Positions 46,014 to 55,015 of a stretch of 64,000 nt of DNA are shown piece by piece (positions within the stretch are counted from its first letter, which is position 1; every line of letters begins with the position of its first letter). The translations under genes and the position numbers were made by a program. The notes below the pieces were generated by a model that was not told where the DNA came from, did not search any database, and worked only from the letters and a program-made list of their open reading frames with translations. Source of the DNA: Alphaproteobacteria bacterium (GTDB taxonomy: Bacteria > Pseudomonadota > Alphaproteobacteria > UBA11073); assembly GCA_013289145.1 (NCBI GenBank), contig JABDAM010000003.1, positions 27,301 to 91,300 of the forward strand. The letters run 5' to 3'.

Positions 46014-47411
46014 ATGACACAATCATTCGATATCATCATTATCGGCGGCGGGCCGGGTGGTTATGTCGCCGCGATCCGTGCCGCGCAGCTCGGCAAAAAT
46101 GTCGCGCTGGTTGAGGCGAAACATCTGGGCGGGATTTGTTTGAACTGGGGATGCATTCCGACGAAGGCTTTGTTGAAATCGTCTGAATTATATTACACGC
46201 TGCAAAAACTGGATCAGTATGGATTGGAAGCGAAAAATACTGCGTTTGATTTGACGAAGATCGTCAAACGTTCGCGCGATGTGGCTGGGCAACTGGTTGC
46301 GGGTATCAAACATTTGATGAAGAAAAACAAGGTCACAGTGTTTGACGGTTTCGCGCGTCTGGCGGGCGGCGGGAAAGTCGATATCGCGCTGAATGACGGC
46401 AACAAAAATCAGATTTCCGCGCCGCACATCATCCTCGCCACTGGCGCGCGGCCGCGCGTGCTGCCGGGCATTGAACCGGACGGGAAATTGATCTGGACAT
46501 CGAAAGAGGCGATGGTGCCCGAAACCATGCCGAAATCGCTGCTCGTCATCGGTTCCGGCGCGATTGGGATTGAGTTTGCGAGTTTTTACCGCAGCCTGGG
46601 CGCGGATGTGACGGTCATTGAAATCATGGACCGCGTTTTGCCCGTTGAAGACGAAGAAATTTCCGCCATGGCGCGCAAGGCCTTTGAAAAACAGGGGATG
46701 AAAATCATCACGGGCGCGAAGGTTGCCAAATTAGAAAAAGGCAAAGACAGCGTCACCGCGCATATCGAGGCGGGCGGCAAAACCGAAACCGTCACCTTCG
46801 ACCGCGTCATTTCCGCTGTCGGCATCACGGGCAATACGGAAAATATCGGTCTGGAAAACACGCGCGTGCAGATTGATCGCGGCCATATCGTCACGAACCC
46901 CTGGTGCGAAACGCATGAAGCGGGCGTTTACGCCATCGGCGATGTCACCGCGCCGCCGTGGCTGGCGCATAAGGCGTCGCACGAAGGCATTATTTGTGTT
47001 GAGAAAATTTTCGGCGTGCCGGGCGTGCATCCGCTGGATGTGAAAAAAATTCCGGGTTGCACATACTGTCACCCACAGGTGGCGAGTATCGGCCTGACCG
47101 AAGCCAAAGCGAAAGAATCTGGCCGCGCGGTGAAAGTCGGCAAGTTTCCATTTATCGGCAACGGCAAAGCCATCGCGCTGGGCGAGGCGGAAGGTTTGAT
47201 TAAAACTATCTTCGACGCCACCACGGGCGAATTGCTCGGCGCGCATATGATCGGCACGGAAGTGACGGAACTCATCCAAGGCTACGCCGTCGCGAAAACG
47301 GGCGAATTGGTTGAAACCGACCTGATGCATACCGTCTTCCCACACCCGACGCTCTCCGAAATGTTGCATGAAAGTGTTCTTGCGGCTTACGGTAAAGCTA
47401 TTCATTTCTAA
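46014..47411 (+). CDS. lpdA: Dihydrolipoyl dehydrogenase (E3)
   Basis: 465 aa with the FAD motif IIIIGGGPGG and the redox disulfide GGICLNWGCIPTK. Confidence 0.95.
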   Translation: MTQSFDIIIIGGGPGGYVAAIRAAQLGKNVALVEAKHLGGICLNWGCIPTKALLKSSELYYTLQKLDQYGLEAKNTAFDLTKIVKRSRDVAGQLVAGIKHLMKKNKVTVFDGFARLAGGGKVDIALNDGNKNQISAPHIILATGARPRVLPGIEPDGKLIWTSKEAMVPETMPKSLLVIGSGAIGIEFASFYRSLGADVTVIEIMDRVLPVEDEEISAMARKAFEKQGMKIITGAKVAKLEKGKDSVTAHIEAGGKTETVTFDRVISAVGITGNTENIGLENTRVQIDRGHIVTNPWCETHEAGVYAIGDVTAPPWLAHKASHEGIICVEKIFGVPGVHPLDVKKIPGCTYCHPQVASIGLTEAKAKESGRAVKVGKFPFIGNGKAIALGEAEGLIKTIFDATTGELLGAHMIGTEVTELIQGYAVAKTGELVETDLMHTVFPHPTLSEMLHESVLAAYGKAIHF

Positions 47412-47422
47412 GAAAGGCTAAA

Positions 47423-47857
47423 ATGCCAAATTTGTGGATCTGTTATGCGGTTATTTCCGCTTTGGCCTTGACGGGATATAACCTGGCGTTTCGCTTGGCG
47501 GGAAATATTCCGGTATTGATGTTTTTGGCGATTGCGAATGGTGTTGGTTTATTGATTTACGCTATATCATTGCTCTTTAACAAATCACAAATGGCCATAG
47601 TGCCTGATGGCAAAACATTGGTACTGGCAGTAATTGTTGGCCTGATGATCGCGGCATCGGAAATTGCTTTATTTTTGATGATGAAGAGTAGCGAAAACGG
47701 GCTCAGCATCGGTATACCGTTGATGAATATTGTTTCTCTGCTGGTAACGGCACTGGTCGGATGGCTGGCTTTTCGTGAGCAATTGTCGTGGCAAGGTGGC
47801 CTGGGTATCGCATTTGGCTTGATTTCCGTGTGGCTGCTCACATATAAAAGTAGCTAA
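47423..47857 (+). CDS. Small DMT-superfamily (EamA-like) membrane protein
   Basis: 144 aa with four to five TM helices, lying between lpdA and lipA. Confidence 0.55.
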   Translation: MPNLWICYAVISALALTGYNLAFRLAGNIPVLMFLAIANGVGLLIYAISLLFNKSQMAIVPDGKTLVLAVIVGLMIAASEIALFLMMKSSENGLSIGIPLMNIVSLLVTALVGWLAFREQLSWQGGLGIAFGLISVWLLTYKSS

Positions 47858-48798
47858 TGGAAACGATTGCTAAACTCCGCCATCCCGAAAAGGCGCACCG
47901 GCCGGATCAGGTTACGACGGCCAAGCGGCCGGATTGGATCCGCGTGAAGGCGCCAACGTCCGCGCAGTATCATGCGACAAAAGAAACGGTGAAGAATTTA
48001 AAGCTGCACACGGTATGCGAAGAGGCGGGGTGCCCGAATATCGGCGAATGCTGGACGCAAAAACATGCGACCTTTATGATTATGGGTGATACCTGCACGC
48101 GCGCGTGCAGTTTTTGCAATGTGAAAACCGGAAAGCCCGAGGCGCTCGACCCGCTAGAGCCGCTGCGCGTTGCGACTGGCACAATGGAACTGGGTTTGAA
48201 ACACGTTGTGATCACGTCGGTGGATCGCGATGACTTGGCCGATGGCGGCGCGGAGCATTTTGCGCAGGTGATTTTGAAAACCCGCGAGAAAAATCCTGAA
48301 ACGACGATTGAGATTCTGACGCCTGATTTCAAACATAAACCCGGCGCGGCGCCGGTGATCGCGCGGGCACGGCCGGATGTGTTTAATCACAACCTGGAAA
48401 CCGTGCCGCGTTTGTATCTGACGATCCGCCCCGGCGCGCGGTATTTCACGTCGCTGCGGCTATTGCAGGAAGTGAAGGAAGTCGATCCGACAATCTTCAC
48501 CAAATCCGGCCTGATGGTCGGCCTCGGCGAAACCAAGGAAGAAGTTTTGCAAGTCATGGACGACCTGCGCGCGGCGGATGTGGATTTCCTTACCATCGGC
48601 CAATACCTGCAACCCACGCCGAAACATGCGCGCGTAGAGCGTTACGTAACACCCGAAGAATTCGCCGAATACGAAAAATTTGCCCGCGCGAAAGGGTTTT
48701 TGATGGTTTCTGCGACGCCGCTTACGCGGTCGTCATACCACGCGGGGGATGATTTTCAAAAACTCCGCGCCGCGCGCGAGGCGCATTTAGGCCGCTAA
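47857..48798 (+). CDS. lipA: Lipoyl synthase
   Basis: It carries the Cys clusters [12 protein letters not shown] and CTRACSFC (radical SAM). Confidence 0.95.
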   Translation: METIAKLRHPEKAHRPDQVTTAKRPDWIRVKAPTSAQYHATKETVKNLKLHTVCEEAGCPNIGECWTQKHATFMIMGDTCTRACSFCNVKTGKPEALDPLEPLRVATGTMELGLKHVVITSVDRDDLADGGAEHFAQVILKTREKNPETTIEILTPDFKHKPGAAPVIARARPDVFNHNLETVPRLYLTIRPGARYFTSLRLLQEVKEVDPTIFTKSGLMVGLGETKEEVLQVMDDLRAADVDFLTIGQYLQPTPKHARVERYVTPEEFAEYEKFARAKGFLMVSATPLTRSSYHAGDDFQKLRAAREAHLGR

Positions 48799-49596
48799 AC
48801 CTTTATATCTTTTGTGGTATTTTTTGCCGACGCGCTGATCCTGTACCCATTTGCGACGCTGTGGCTTCAAATCCGGCGGTAATTTTTTGCCCAGCATATT
48901 TTTATCGGCTGTTTTGTTTTTGTCATAAGCCCCATGTTTCTCTTGCAGTGCTGCGGAAAAATCATCGAGGGATTGATAGATTTCCCATTCATTTTGATAA
49001 CGAATAATATTCTGTTGCTCTTTTTCGCGCCGCTTCGTGATCACATTATCTTTCAGATATAGATTGTTAATCTTCACAATTTCAACCTTATAATCCCGCC
49101 CCATTTCTTTCGAAAGCAAGCCAAACAAATGATTTGAAATAATATTAATACGCTCCGCCTGGTAATCGGGGGCGATAATTAAAAAGCGGTTGCCGTCCAA
49201 TTTGCCTTTGCGGACAGAGTCGACAATTTCAAAAATATCCCCAATCGTATCACGCGACCAATCCAGTTCTACGATATCCTGTGCCGGAACGACGCGTTGT
49301 TTGCGGGATAAATATAATCGGCCCGCTTTGGCATAAGTGTAAGGGCCTTTGTCGCCAGGCGATAAGCCGCCCGTGCAAATAACTTTCTCAGCAAAACCGC
49401 GTTGATAGGCATAGGCCGCCGCATCCGCCATATCACAACCCCAGGCAGATGGCATGCCCATTCTGTCCGCGCCCGCTCCGGGCACAACGACATAATCATA
49501 ATCAGCTTTACGAACTTTGTTGCCGCGAAAATGCGTATAAAGCGACCACTGACGCTCTGTATGTAATATATCCTTCATAATATCGGTTTTAATCAT
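48787..49596 (-). CDS. DUF218/YdcF-like protein
   Basis: 269 aa with the pattern YVVVPGAG...[13 protein letters not shown]...RDTIGD...[13 protein letters not shown], resembling DUF218. It is AT-rich and has a Lys-rich tail. Confidence 0.5.
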   Translation of the reverse strand: MIKTDIMKDILHTERQWSLYTHFRGNKVRKADYDYVVVPGAGADRMGMPSAWGCDMADAAAYAYQRGFAEKVICTGGLSPGDKGPYTYAKAGRLYLSRKQRVVPAQDIVELDWSRDTIGDIFEIVDSVRKGKLDGNRFLIIAPDYQAERINIISNHLFGLLSKEMGRDYKVEIVKINNLYLKDNVITKRREKEQQNIIRYQNEWEIYQSLDDFSAALQEKHGAYDKNKTADKNMLGKKLPPDLKPQRRKWVQDQRVGKKYHKRYKGLAA

Positions 49597-49654
49597 GCCT
49601 TTATTATCACTAAAATTTTAGACAAAAGCAAATGAATAATATATGACAGTCGGT

Positions 49655-50086
49655 ATGCCTGCGCATCGTGAACGGAAAATTTTGCCTTATACTGCCGCGC
49701 AGATATATGCGCTGGTGCGCGATGTGGAGCGGTATCCGGAGTTTTTGCCCTGGTGTTTGGGATGCCGGATTATTGAGGAGAAGGATGATTATCTGTTGGC
49801 GGATATGGTGGTGGGTTATAAAATTTTCTGCGAGAAATTCCGGTCGCAAGTGACGTTTATACAAGACCGCGAAATCCATGTGGAATACCTGGACGGCCCA
49901 TTGCGGCATTTAAAAAATGATTGGGTTTTTTCAGGTGCTGGGGCTGGGCGATGCGCTATCGACTTTCACATCGACTTTGAATTTCACAGCCGGATGCTCC
50001 AGGCCGTCGCGGAAACATTTTTCAACCGCGCGCTTGGGCGTATGATGGATGCGTTTGAGGAGCGGGCAAGGCAGCTTTATAATTAA
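49655..50086 (+). CDS. ratA: SRPBCC-family RatA/COQ10-like protein
   Basis: MPAHRERKILPYTAAQIYALVRDVERYPEFLPWC matches the RatA/COQ10 pattern. The ORF track starts at 49643. Confidence 0.8.
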   Translation: MPAHRERKILPYTAAQIYALVRDVERYPEFLPWCLGCRIIEEKDDYLLADMVVGYKIFCEKFRSQVTFIQDREIHVEYLDGPLRHLKNDWVFSGAGAGRCAIDFHIDFEFHSRMLQAVAETFFNRALGRMMDAFEERARQLYN

Positions 50087-50091
50087 ATGAA

Positions 50092-50595
50092 CTACGATTG
50101 CGCCGGGCTGAATTTTAATAAGCAATTCAGAGCCGTTTCAACAACCTGTTGACGGACATCGTTGCGCTCGCCTGGGAAGTGTTTTTCTATGATTTTAATG
50201 TTGGGGCTGCTTCCCGCTTTGCGACGCGCCACGGAAATATAAACCAGTCCATCTTTATCCGGTGATACGCCGGACGGGCCGGCGTAGCCTGTGACTGCGA
50301 CGCCAACGGCAATATCGGGCATGGATTTTAACAGTCCCAAAACCATAGCTTCCGCGCATTGGCTGCTTACGGCTGTATATTGTTCCAAAATATCCGACGG
50401 TACGCCTAGGAATTGTTTTTTCGCTTCATCACAATAAACCACATGCCCGCCATGCAATACGTTCGAAGCGCCCGGAATATCCGCAATTGTCGCGCTGATT
50501 AATCCTGCCGTCAGGGATTCTGCCGTGCCGATTTTTTCTCCGGCGGAAGTGTAACGCTTTACAATTTCGGCTGCTTTTTCGTTCGTTGATGTCAT
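50092..50595 (-). CDS. CinA C-terminal-domain protein (PncC-like nicotinamide-nucleotide amidohydrolase), copy 1
   Basis: TAESLTAGLISATIADIPGAS...TGYAGP. The start is set at MTSTNEKAAEIV; the ORF track extends to 50658. Confidence 0.8.
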   Translation of the reverse strand: MTSTNEKAAEIVKRYTSAGEKIGTAESLTAGLISATIADIPGASNVLHGGHVVYCDEAKKQFLGVPSDILEQYTAVSSQCAEAMVLGLLKSMPDIAVGVAVTGYAGPSGVSPDKDGLVYISVARRKAGSSPNIKIIEKHFPGERNDVRQQVVETALNCLLKFSPAQS

Positions 50596-50676
50596 TATAA
50601 ATAATGCCTGAGCTCGATAATTAACCGGACTATATCCAATTTGGACGACCGAATGCAAGAATTTTAACAGAACAGC

Positions 50677-51165
50677 CTATAAAAAACTTAATAGCTTATT
50701 CATTGCGGCATCGGCGGCGAGGTGCTGCACCGCTTCGCGGTCGCCGCCAAAGAAATGTTGGGTGACTGCGGGTTCGCCATCGCGTCGTGCGGCGGCAATA
50801 TAAAGCAGCCCGACAGGTTTGGCGGGCGTTCCGCCCGACGGGCCCGCAATGCCGGTGATTGCAACCGCGGTTTGTACGGTGGGCGGGCAGGCGGCGAGGA
50901 GGCCGCGTACCATCGCCTCGGCACATTCAGCGCTGACGGCGCCATGGGTTTCAAGGACCGTGGCGGGCACGGCCAGCAAATCCATTTTTGATTGATTGGA
51001 ATAGGTGATTAGGCCGCGCTCCAAAACCGCTGAAGCGCCGGGTATGGCGGTGACCAGGGAACACACCAGCCCGCCCGTGCAGGATTCCGCGACAGCAATC
51101 ATCTCCCCGCGTGAGGTGAATTGATCGACGATGGCTTGCGCTTTGGCTTTCAGGTTGGGGAGCAT
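50677..51165 (-). CDS. CinA C-terminal-domain protein (PncC-like), copy 2
   Basis: VAESCTGGLVCSLVTAIPGAS...TGIAGP, 162 aa. Confidence 0.8.
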   Translation of the reverse strand: MLPNLKAKAQAIVDQFTSRGEMIAVAESCTGGLVCSLVTAIPGASAVLERGLITYSNQSKMDLLAVPATVLETHGAVSAECAEAMVRGLLAACPPTVQTAVAITGIAGPSGGTPAKPVGLLYIAAARRDGEPAVTQHFFGGDREAVQHLAADAAMNKLLSFL

Positions 51166-51170
51166 TGTAA

Positions 51171-51318
51171 CGTCACCCCGGCGAAGGCCGGGGCCCAGAC
51201 TTTAATCTTTAATGCCCATCTTTTTTAAAAGCAACTTAAAGAAGGGTAATAAAAAACAGGGCCAAACTTTGGCCCTGTTTAATTTTACTCTGGGCCCCGG
51301 CCTTCGCCGGGGGTGACG
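51171..51318. repeat. Nested palindromic element of the GTCAYCCCGG family (copy 3), with an internal terminator
   Basis: cgtcaccccggcgaaggccggggcccaga (51171..51199) is inverted with respect to tctgggccccggccttcgccgggggtgacg (51289..51318). The centre carries aaaaaacagggccaaactttggccctgttt. Confidence 0.85.
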
Positions 51319-51324
51319 GGATTG

Positions 51325-52380
51325 TTACGCTGCTTCGGTTTGGTCGTCGTTCGCGGCAGTTGTGGAAACCTTGCTGCGGACAAGAATATTATGCAGCTTT
51401 TCAACCGCTTTTTCCTGCTCGATTTTGTCGATTGCGGCAACTTCGCGCGCCAGGCGTTCCAGGGCGTTCTGGAAGATCTGACGTTCGCTGTAAGACTGGT
51501 CGCCCGATTCCGCATTACGGCGCAGGTCGCGCAGGACCTCGGCAATTGCTACCGGATCGCCTGAGTTGATCTTTTGCTCATATTCTTGTGCACGGCGGCT
51601 CCACATCACGCGGCGGACGCGTGGGCGGCCCTTCATCGTTTCGAAGACGTTTTTCATCGTCTCTTTGGATGATAGCTGGCGCAGGCCCGAACCCGTCGCG
51701 CGGGCAACAGGCACACGCAGCGTCATACGTTCATGGTCAAAGGCGATACGGAACAGTTTCACTTCCTGGCCGCCGATGGTATGGGCTTCAACACCGTCCA
51801 CCTTGCCGACGCCGTGGGCGGGGTAAACCACCATATCGCCAGCTTTGAAAGCGGGTTTGTCGGCAGTTTTTGCCTCTTTTGGCTGCGGCGCTGGCACGGA
51901 TTGATTCGCAGCGACTGGAGCAGGGGAGTTTGCATTTGCCGCATTCAGCGCAACCGTCGCGCGCAGCGCAGCCATAGCGGCAGACTGAACACCTACGCTG
52001 GCCACAGCGGTTTTATTCGCGTTTGCGATTTTTACCAGGGTGCGCGCCATCTTTTTATCCATTTTGGTCGGCTTTTTGCGCGATTTAGATACTTTCGGCG
52101 CTTTAACTTCCGGTTGGGCCGGGGCAGCTGTGGTTTTTGCTGCTGGTTTAACAGCTTTAGGGGCGGGCGCAGCCTTTTTCGCAGCCGGTTTTACAGTTTT
52201 TGCCGGGGTGACGGGCTTTTTCACCGCTTTAACGGGTTTTTTAGGCATAACTTTTGCCGCAGGTTTTTTTACCGGCTTTGAAACTTTCACCGTGGCTTTT
52301 TTGTTTTTCAGTGCCTTGGTATCCTTTTTTGACTTATTGGATTTGGTTTTCGTTGTCTTTGCTTTGCTTTTCGTCGCCAT
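51325..52380 (-). CDS. carD: CarD/CdnL-family RNA-polymerase-binding regulator with a histone-H1-like Lys/Ala/Pro-rich N-terminal extension
   Basis: The C-terminal half reads FKAGDMVVYPAHGVGKVDGVE... (CarD_CdnL_TRCF domain). The N-terminal ~180 aa are KKPxxK/AAKK repeats. The ATG at 52380 has GGAG upstream. Confidence 0.85.
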   Translation of the reverse strand: MATKSKAKTTKTKSNKSKKDTKALKNKKATVKVSKPVKKPAAKVMPKKPVKAVKKPVTPAKTVKPAAKKAAPAPKAVKPAAKTTAAPAQPEVKAPKVSKSRKKPTKMDKKMARTLVKIANANKTAVASVGVQSAAMAALRATVALNAANANSPAPVAANQSVPAPQPKEAKTADKPAFKAGDMVVYPAHGVGKVDGVEAHTIGGQEVKLFRIAFDHERMTLRVPVARATGSGLRQLSSKETMKNVFETMKGRPRVRRVMWSRRAQEYEQKINSGDPVAIAEVLRDLRRNAESGDQSYSERQIFQNALERLAREVAAIDKIEQEKAVEKLHNILVRSKVSTTAANDDQTEAA

Positions 52381-52669
52381 CAAGGTCTCCAGGGGTTGAA
52401 CCAGTTATAAGCTATCGCCAGTCGTCAATTATCCTCATGCTGTGCGCGAGGTTCGCGTGACAACATATTGAAATAACGACATTTTTGGGATCGGGACGAA
52501 TCCCTTCCAAACTCTTGCGATAATTAATAGATATCACAGATTTTGCCCTTTTTCAAATAAAGTTTATACTTTCATAAAACTTTAATCTTATTTTAACTAA
52601 TTTTCACGCGTTTGAAGTTTATGGATCCTGCCTATGGGGGTGACAGGTCGGCCAGCAGGTACTGTCACT

Positions 52670-52685
52670 TGGCATGTCGCTTGCA
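52670..52685 (+). promoter_or_regulatory. Candidate sigma54 (-24/-12) promoter for fliK-flgD-flgE
   Basis: TGGCAT-gtcgc-TTGCA has exact GG-N10-GC spacing. It lies about 40 nt upstream of the fliK ATG. Confidence 0.55.
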
Positions 52686-52724
52686 AGATAGAACCGTTCA
52701 TTTCTCCCCTTGCAAGGATATTCC

Positions 52725-54281
52725 ATGGTTGTCGCTGTCGCCCCCGCAAGTTCCGCACAATCCGCCGGTACTGTATCATTTTACCCCTCCGCCACGGCCA
52801 AACCCGGCCAGGCAGGGCAGGATAACCCGTTTCAGGAATTATTGGCTCTTTTGGCGGATTTGAATTCCGGCCAGCCTTTGTCTGGCTCAGATTTGCAAAA
52901 ACTGTCCCAGTTAGAGGATAATAACCCTGCGGTTGACCCAAACGCGGCGCAGTCGTCAAAGAATAGTAATCTGGCCCTTGCATTGAACGTGGATCAGAAT
53001 AGCGCGGATGCTAATGCAACTGATGGCGCAAACGGTGATCTGACGGCGGCGCAAATTTCCATGCTGGCGGCCTTGCTGCAACAAAACCCGCAATTACAGG
53101 TTTTATTTTCCGGCAATGTTGATTTGAAATCTTTGAGCGGGGCGGTAAATGCCTTGGTGAACGGCCAGACGGATTTGGCTCAGTTCAACCTGCCGCAAAG
53201 CGCGCAGAATATTTTACAGCCAATGGCCAATCAGCAGCCGGGTGAATTAACAGCGATGCAAAAATTGCTGGCGGATATGCAAAACAGCAATCAGCTTGAT
53301 CAAAATCAGTTGAATGATCTGATGGCGCTTGCAAAGCAAATGAATTTGCAACAGGTGGTTTCGGACAATGCCGGCAATCCGCCCGTCATTGCGACAGTAA
53401 AAATTGTAACCGCACCGGCGCAGCCGACCAGCAGCAATACCGCAGTATCGCAATTGAAACAGATTGCGGATGAGCGTGATGCGCTGGAAAATAATGATCT
53501 TTCCACGCGCAACCATGTGGCCCAGTCATCAACGGCGAACGGTCAGCACAAATCGACCAATAGCGATAATCAGGGGCAGGCAGATAACGCCGGTGATACA
53601 GATAAAACGGCGCCTGCCGTAGTAAATAAAGCACTGAACGGTGATTTTGCTCAGGCCGCGCAAAAAACCGTTGGCAATGCAGCGCCGATTGCGGTGATGG
53701 TTGATCCGCTTGCTGCCGCGCAAATCGCAACGAATAACAATGCCGCCCAGGCCGCGAGTGCCGACGCCACTACACAAACGGCGCAGGTGAATGCTATTAC
53801 GGCTGCTGCGGCTCAAACTTATAATAACTTACAGTCCGCTGTGATACCTGCCGGTATTCCGCCGGCGGTGATGCAGGCGGCCATTCAGATTCAACAAAAT
53901 GCGCAAAACGAGAACAATAATTTTATCGTCCAATTATATCCCGAGGAATTGGGGCAAATTCAAGTCAACATGAAATTTGAAGGCAATCGCGTCACGGCAA
54001 AAATTTCCGCTGACAAGCAAGAAACTTTGGATTTGATGAAGCAAGATTCCGGCATACTGCATAAAGCGTTGCAGGATGCCGGTTTGCAAACCGACTCCGG
54101 CACATTGGAATTTTCTTTGTCAAACAGCGGGCAAAATTTGGCGCAGCAAAAAACAAATAACAACGACAGTGGATTTGGCACGATGCTTGCAAATAATAAT
54201 TCAGAAGAAAACATTACGGCCGCAGCGGCCCCGGTTTATCAAGCCATCCTGGCACCCGGACGCGTCGACGTAAAGTTGTAG
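52725..54281 (+). CDS. fliK: Flagellar hook-length control protein
   Basis: A Gln/Asn/Ala-rich body is followed by a C-terminal Flg_hook-type domain (LYPEELGQIQVNMKFEGNRVTAKISADKQETLDLM). The ATG at 52725 has AAGGA upstream. Confidence 0.8.
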   Translation: MVVAVAPASSAQSAGTVSFYPSATAKPGQAGQDNPFQELLALLADLNSGQPLSGSDLQKLSQLEDNNPAVDPNAAQSSKNSNLALALNVDQNSADANATDGANGDLTAAQISMLAALLQQNPQLQVLFSGNVDLKSLSGAVNALVNGQTDLAQFNLPQSAQNILQPMANQQPGELTAMQKLLADMQNSNQLDQNQLNDLMALAKQMNLQQVVSDNAGNPPVIATVKIVTAPAQPTSSNTAVSQLKQIADERDALENNDLSTRNHVAQSSTANGQHKSTNSDNQGQADNAGDTDKTAPAVVNKALNGDFAQAAQKTVGNAAPIAVMVDPLAAAQIATNNNAAQAASADATTQTAQVNAITAAAAQTYNNLQSAVIPAGIPPAVMQAAIQIQQNAQNENNNFIVQLYPEELGQIQVNMKFEGNRVTAKISADKQETLDLMKQDSGILHKALQDAGLQTDSGTLEFSLSNSGQNLAQQKTNNNDSGFGTMLANNNSEENITAAAAPVYQAILAPGRVDVKL

Positions 54282-54290
54282 GAGGGATCA

Positions 54291-54971
54291 ATGTCTATCA
54301 GCGCCTATCAAAGCAGTCTGGTCGCCAGCTCAACCACAGGCTCTGCGATGCAGAGTTTGAGCGGAAACCAAAACACGTTTCTGCAATTGCTAACGACACA
54401 GCTGAAAAACCAGGATCCTCTCGCGCCTACGGACACAAATACTTTCACCCAACAGCTGGTGGAATACAGCCAGGTTGAGCAGCAGATCGATACTAACAGC
54501 AAGCTGGACGGCATGACTAAGCTCCTCGGCAATACGCAAATTCAAGGCGCGCTGGCTACGGTTGGTTCCTTTGTGCAATACGCGGGCAGCTCGTTCAACT
54601 ATACTGGCAGCGGCAATTACACGATGGATTATAACCTGCCCAGCGCGGCTGCTTCGGCCACGCTTACGATCACCGATGCAAATGGCAACGAAATTTACAC
54701 GACTGCTGCGCCAAGCACAGCCTTGAGTTCCGGCGACAATGCTTTTGTCTGGAATGGCCAAACCGACCAAGGACTCACGGCGGCGGCGGGCACCTACAAT
54801 ATCGCGGTCACGGCAAAAGATTCCGCGGGCAATTCGATCACGCCGACGACCTCCGTATGGGGTCAGGTCACGCAGGTTCAGGCAACCAATTCGGATGTGG
54901 ATCTGATCCTCAGTGGCGGCAATTCCATTCCGTTCAACAGTGTTTCCAGTATCTCACCAACCCTCAACTAA
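54291..54971 (+). CDS. flgD: Flagellar hook assembly (capping) protein
   Basis: FLQLLTTQLKNQDPLAPTD is the FlgD signature. Confidence 0.9.
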   Translation: MSISAYQSSLVASSTTGSAMQSLSGNQNTFLQLLTTQLKNQDPLAPTDTNTFTQQLVEYSQVEQQIDTNSKLDGMTKLLGNTQIQGALATVGSFVQYAGSSFNYTGSGNYTMDYNLPSAAASATLTITDANGNEIYTTAAPSTALSSGDNAFVWNGQTDQGLTAAAGTYNIAVTAKDSAGNSITPTTSVWGQVTQVQATNSDVDLILSGGNSIPFNSVSSISPTLN

Positions 54972-55015
54972 AACCCATAACCACCAACCCTTAACATTAC
55001 CTCAGGAGCAGTACC

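Noticed and set aside
51733-52399. Plus-strand ORFs (182 aa and 119 aa) opposite the carD 5' half
   Set aside because: They are antisense shadows of the Lys/Ala/Pro repeat region, with the complementary codons giving F/G/L-rich frames. carD has a good RBS and a recognisable domain.
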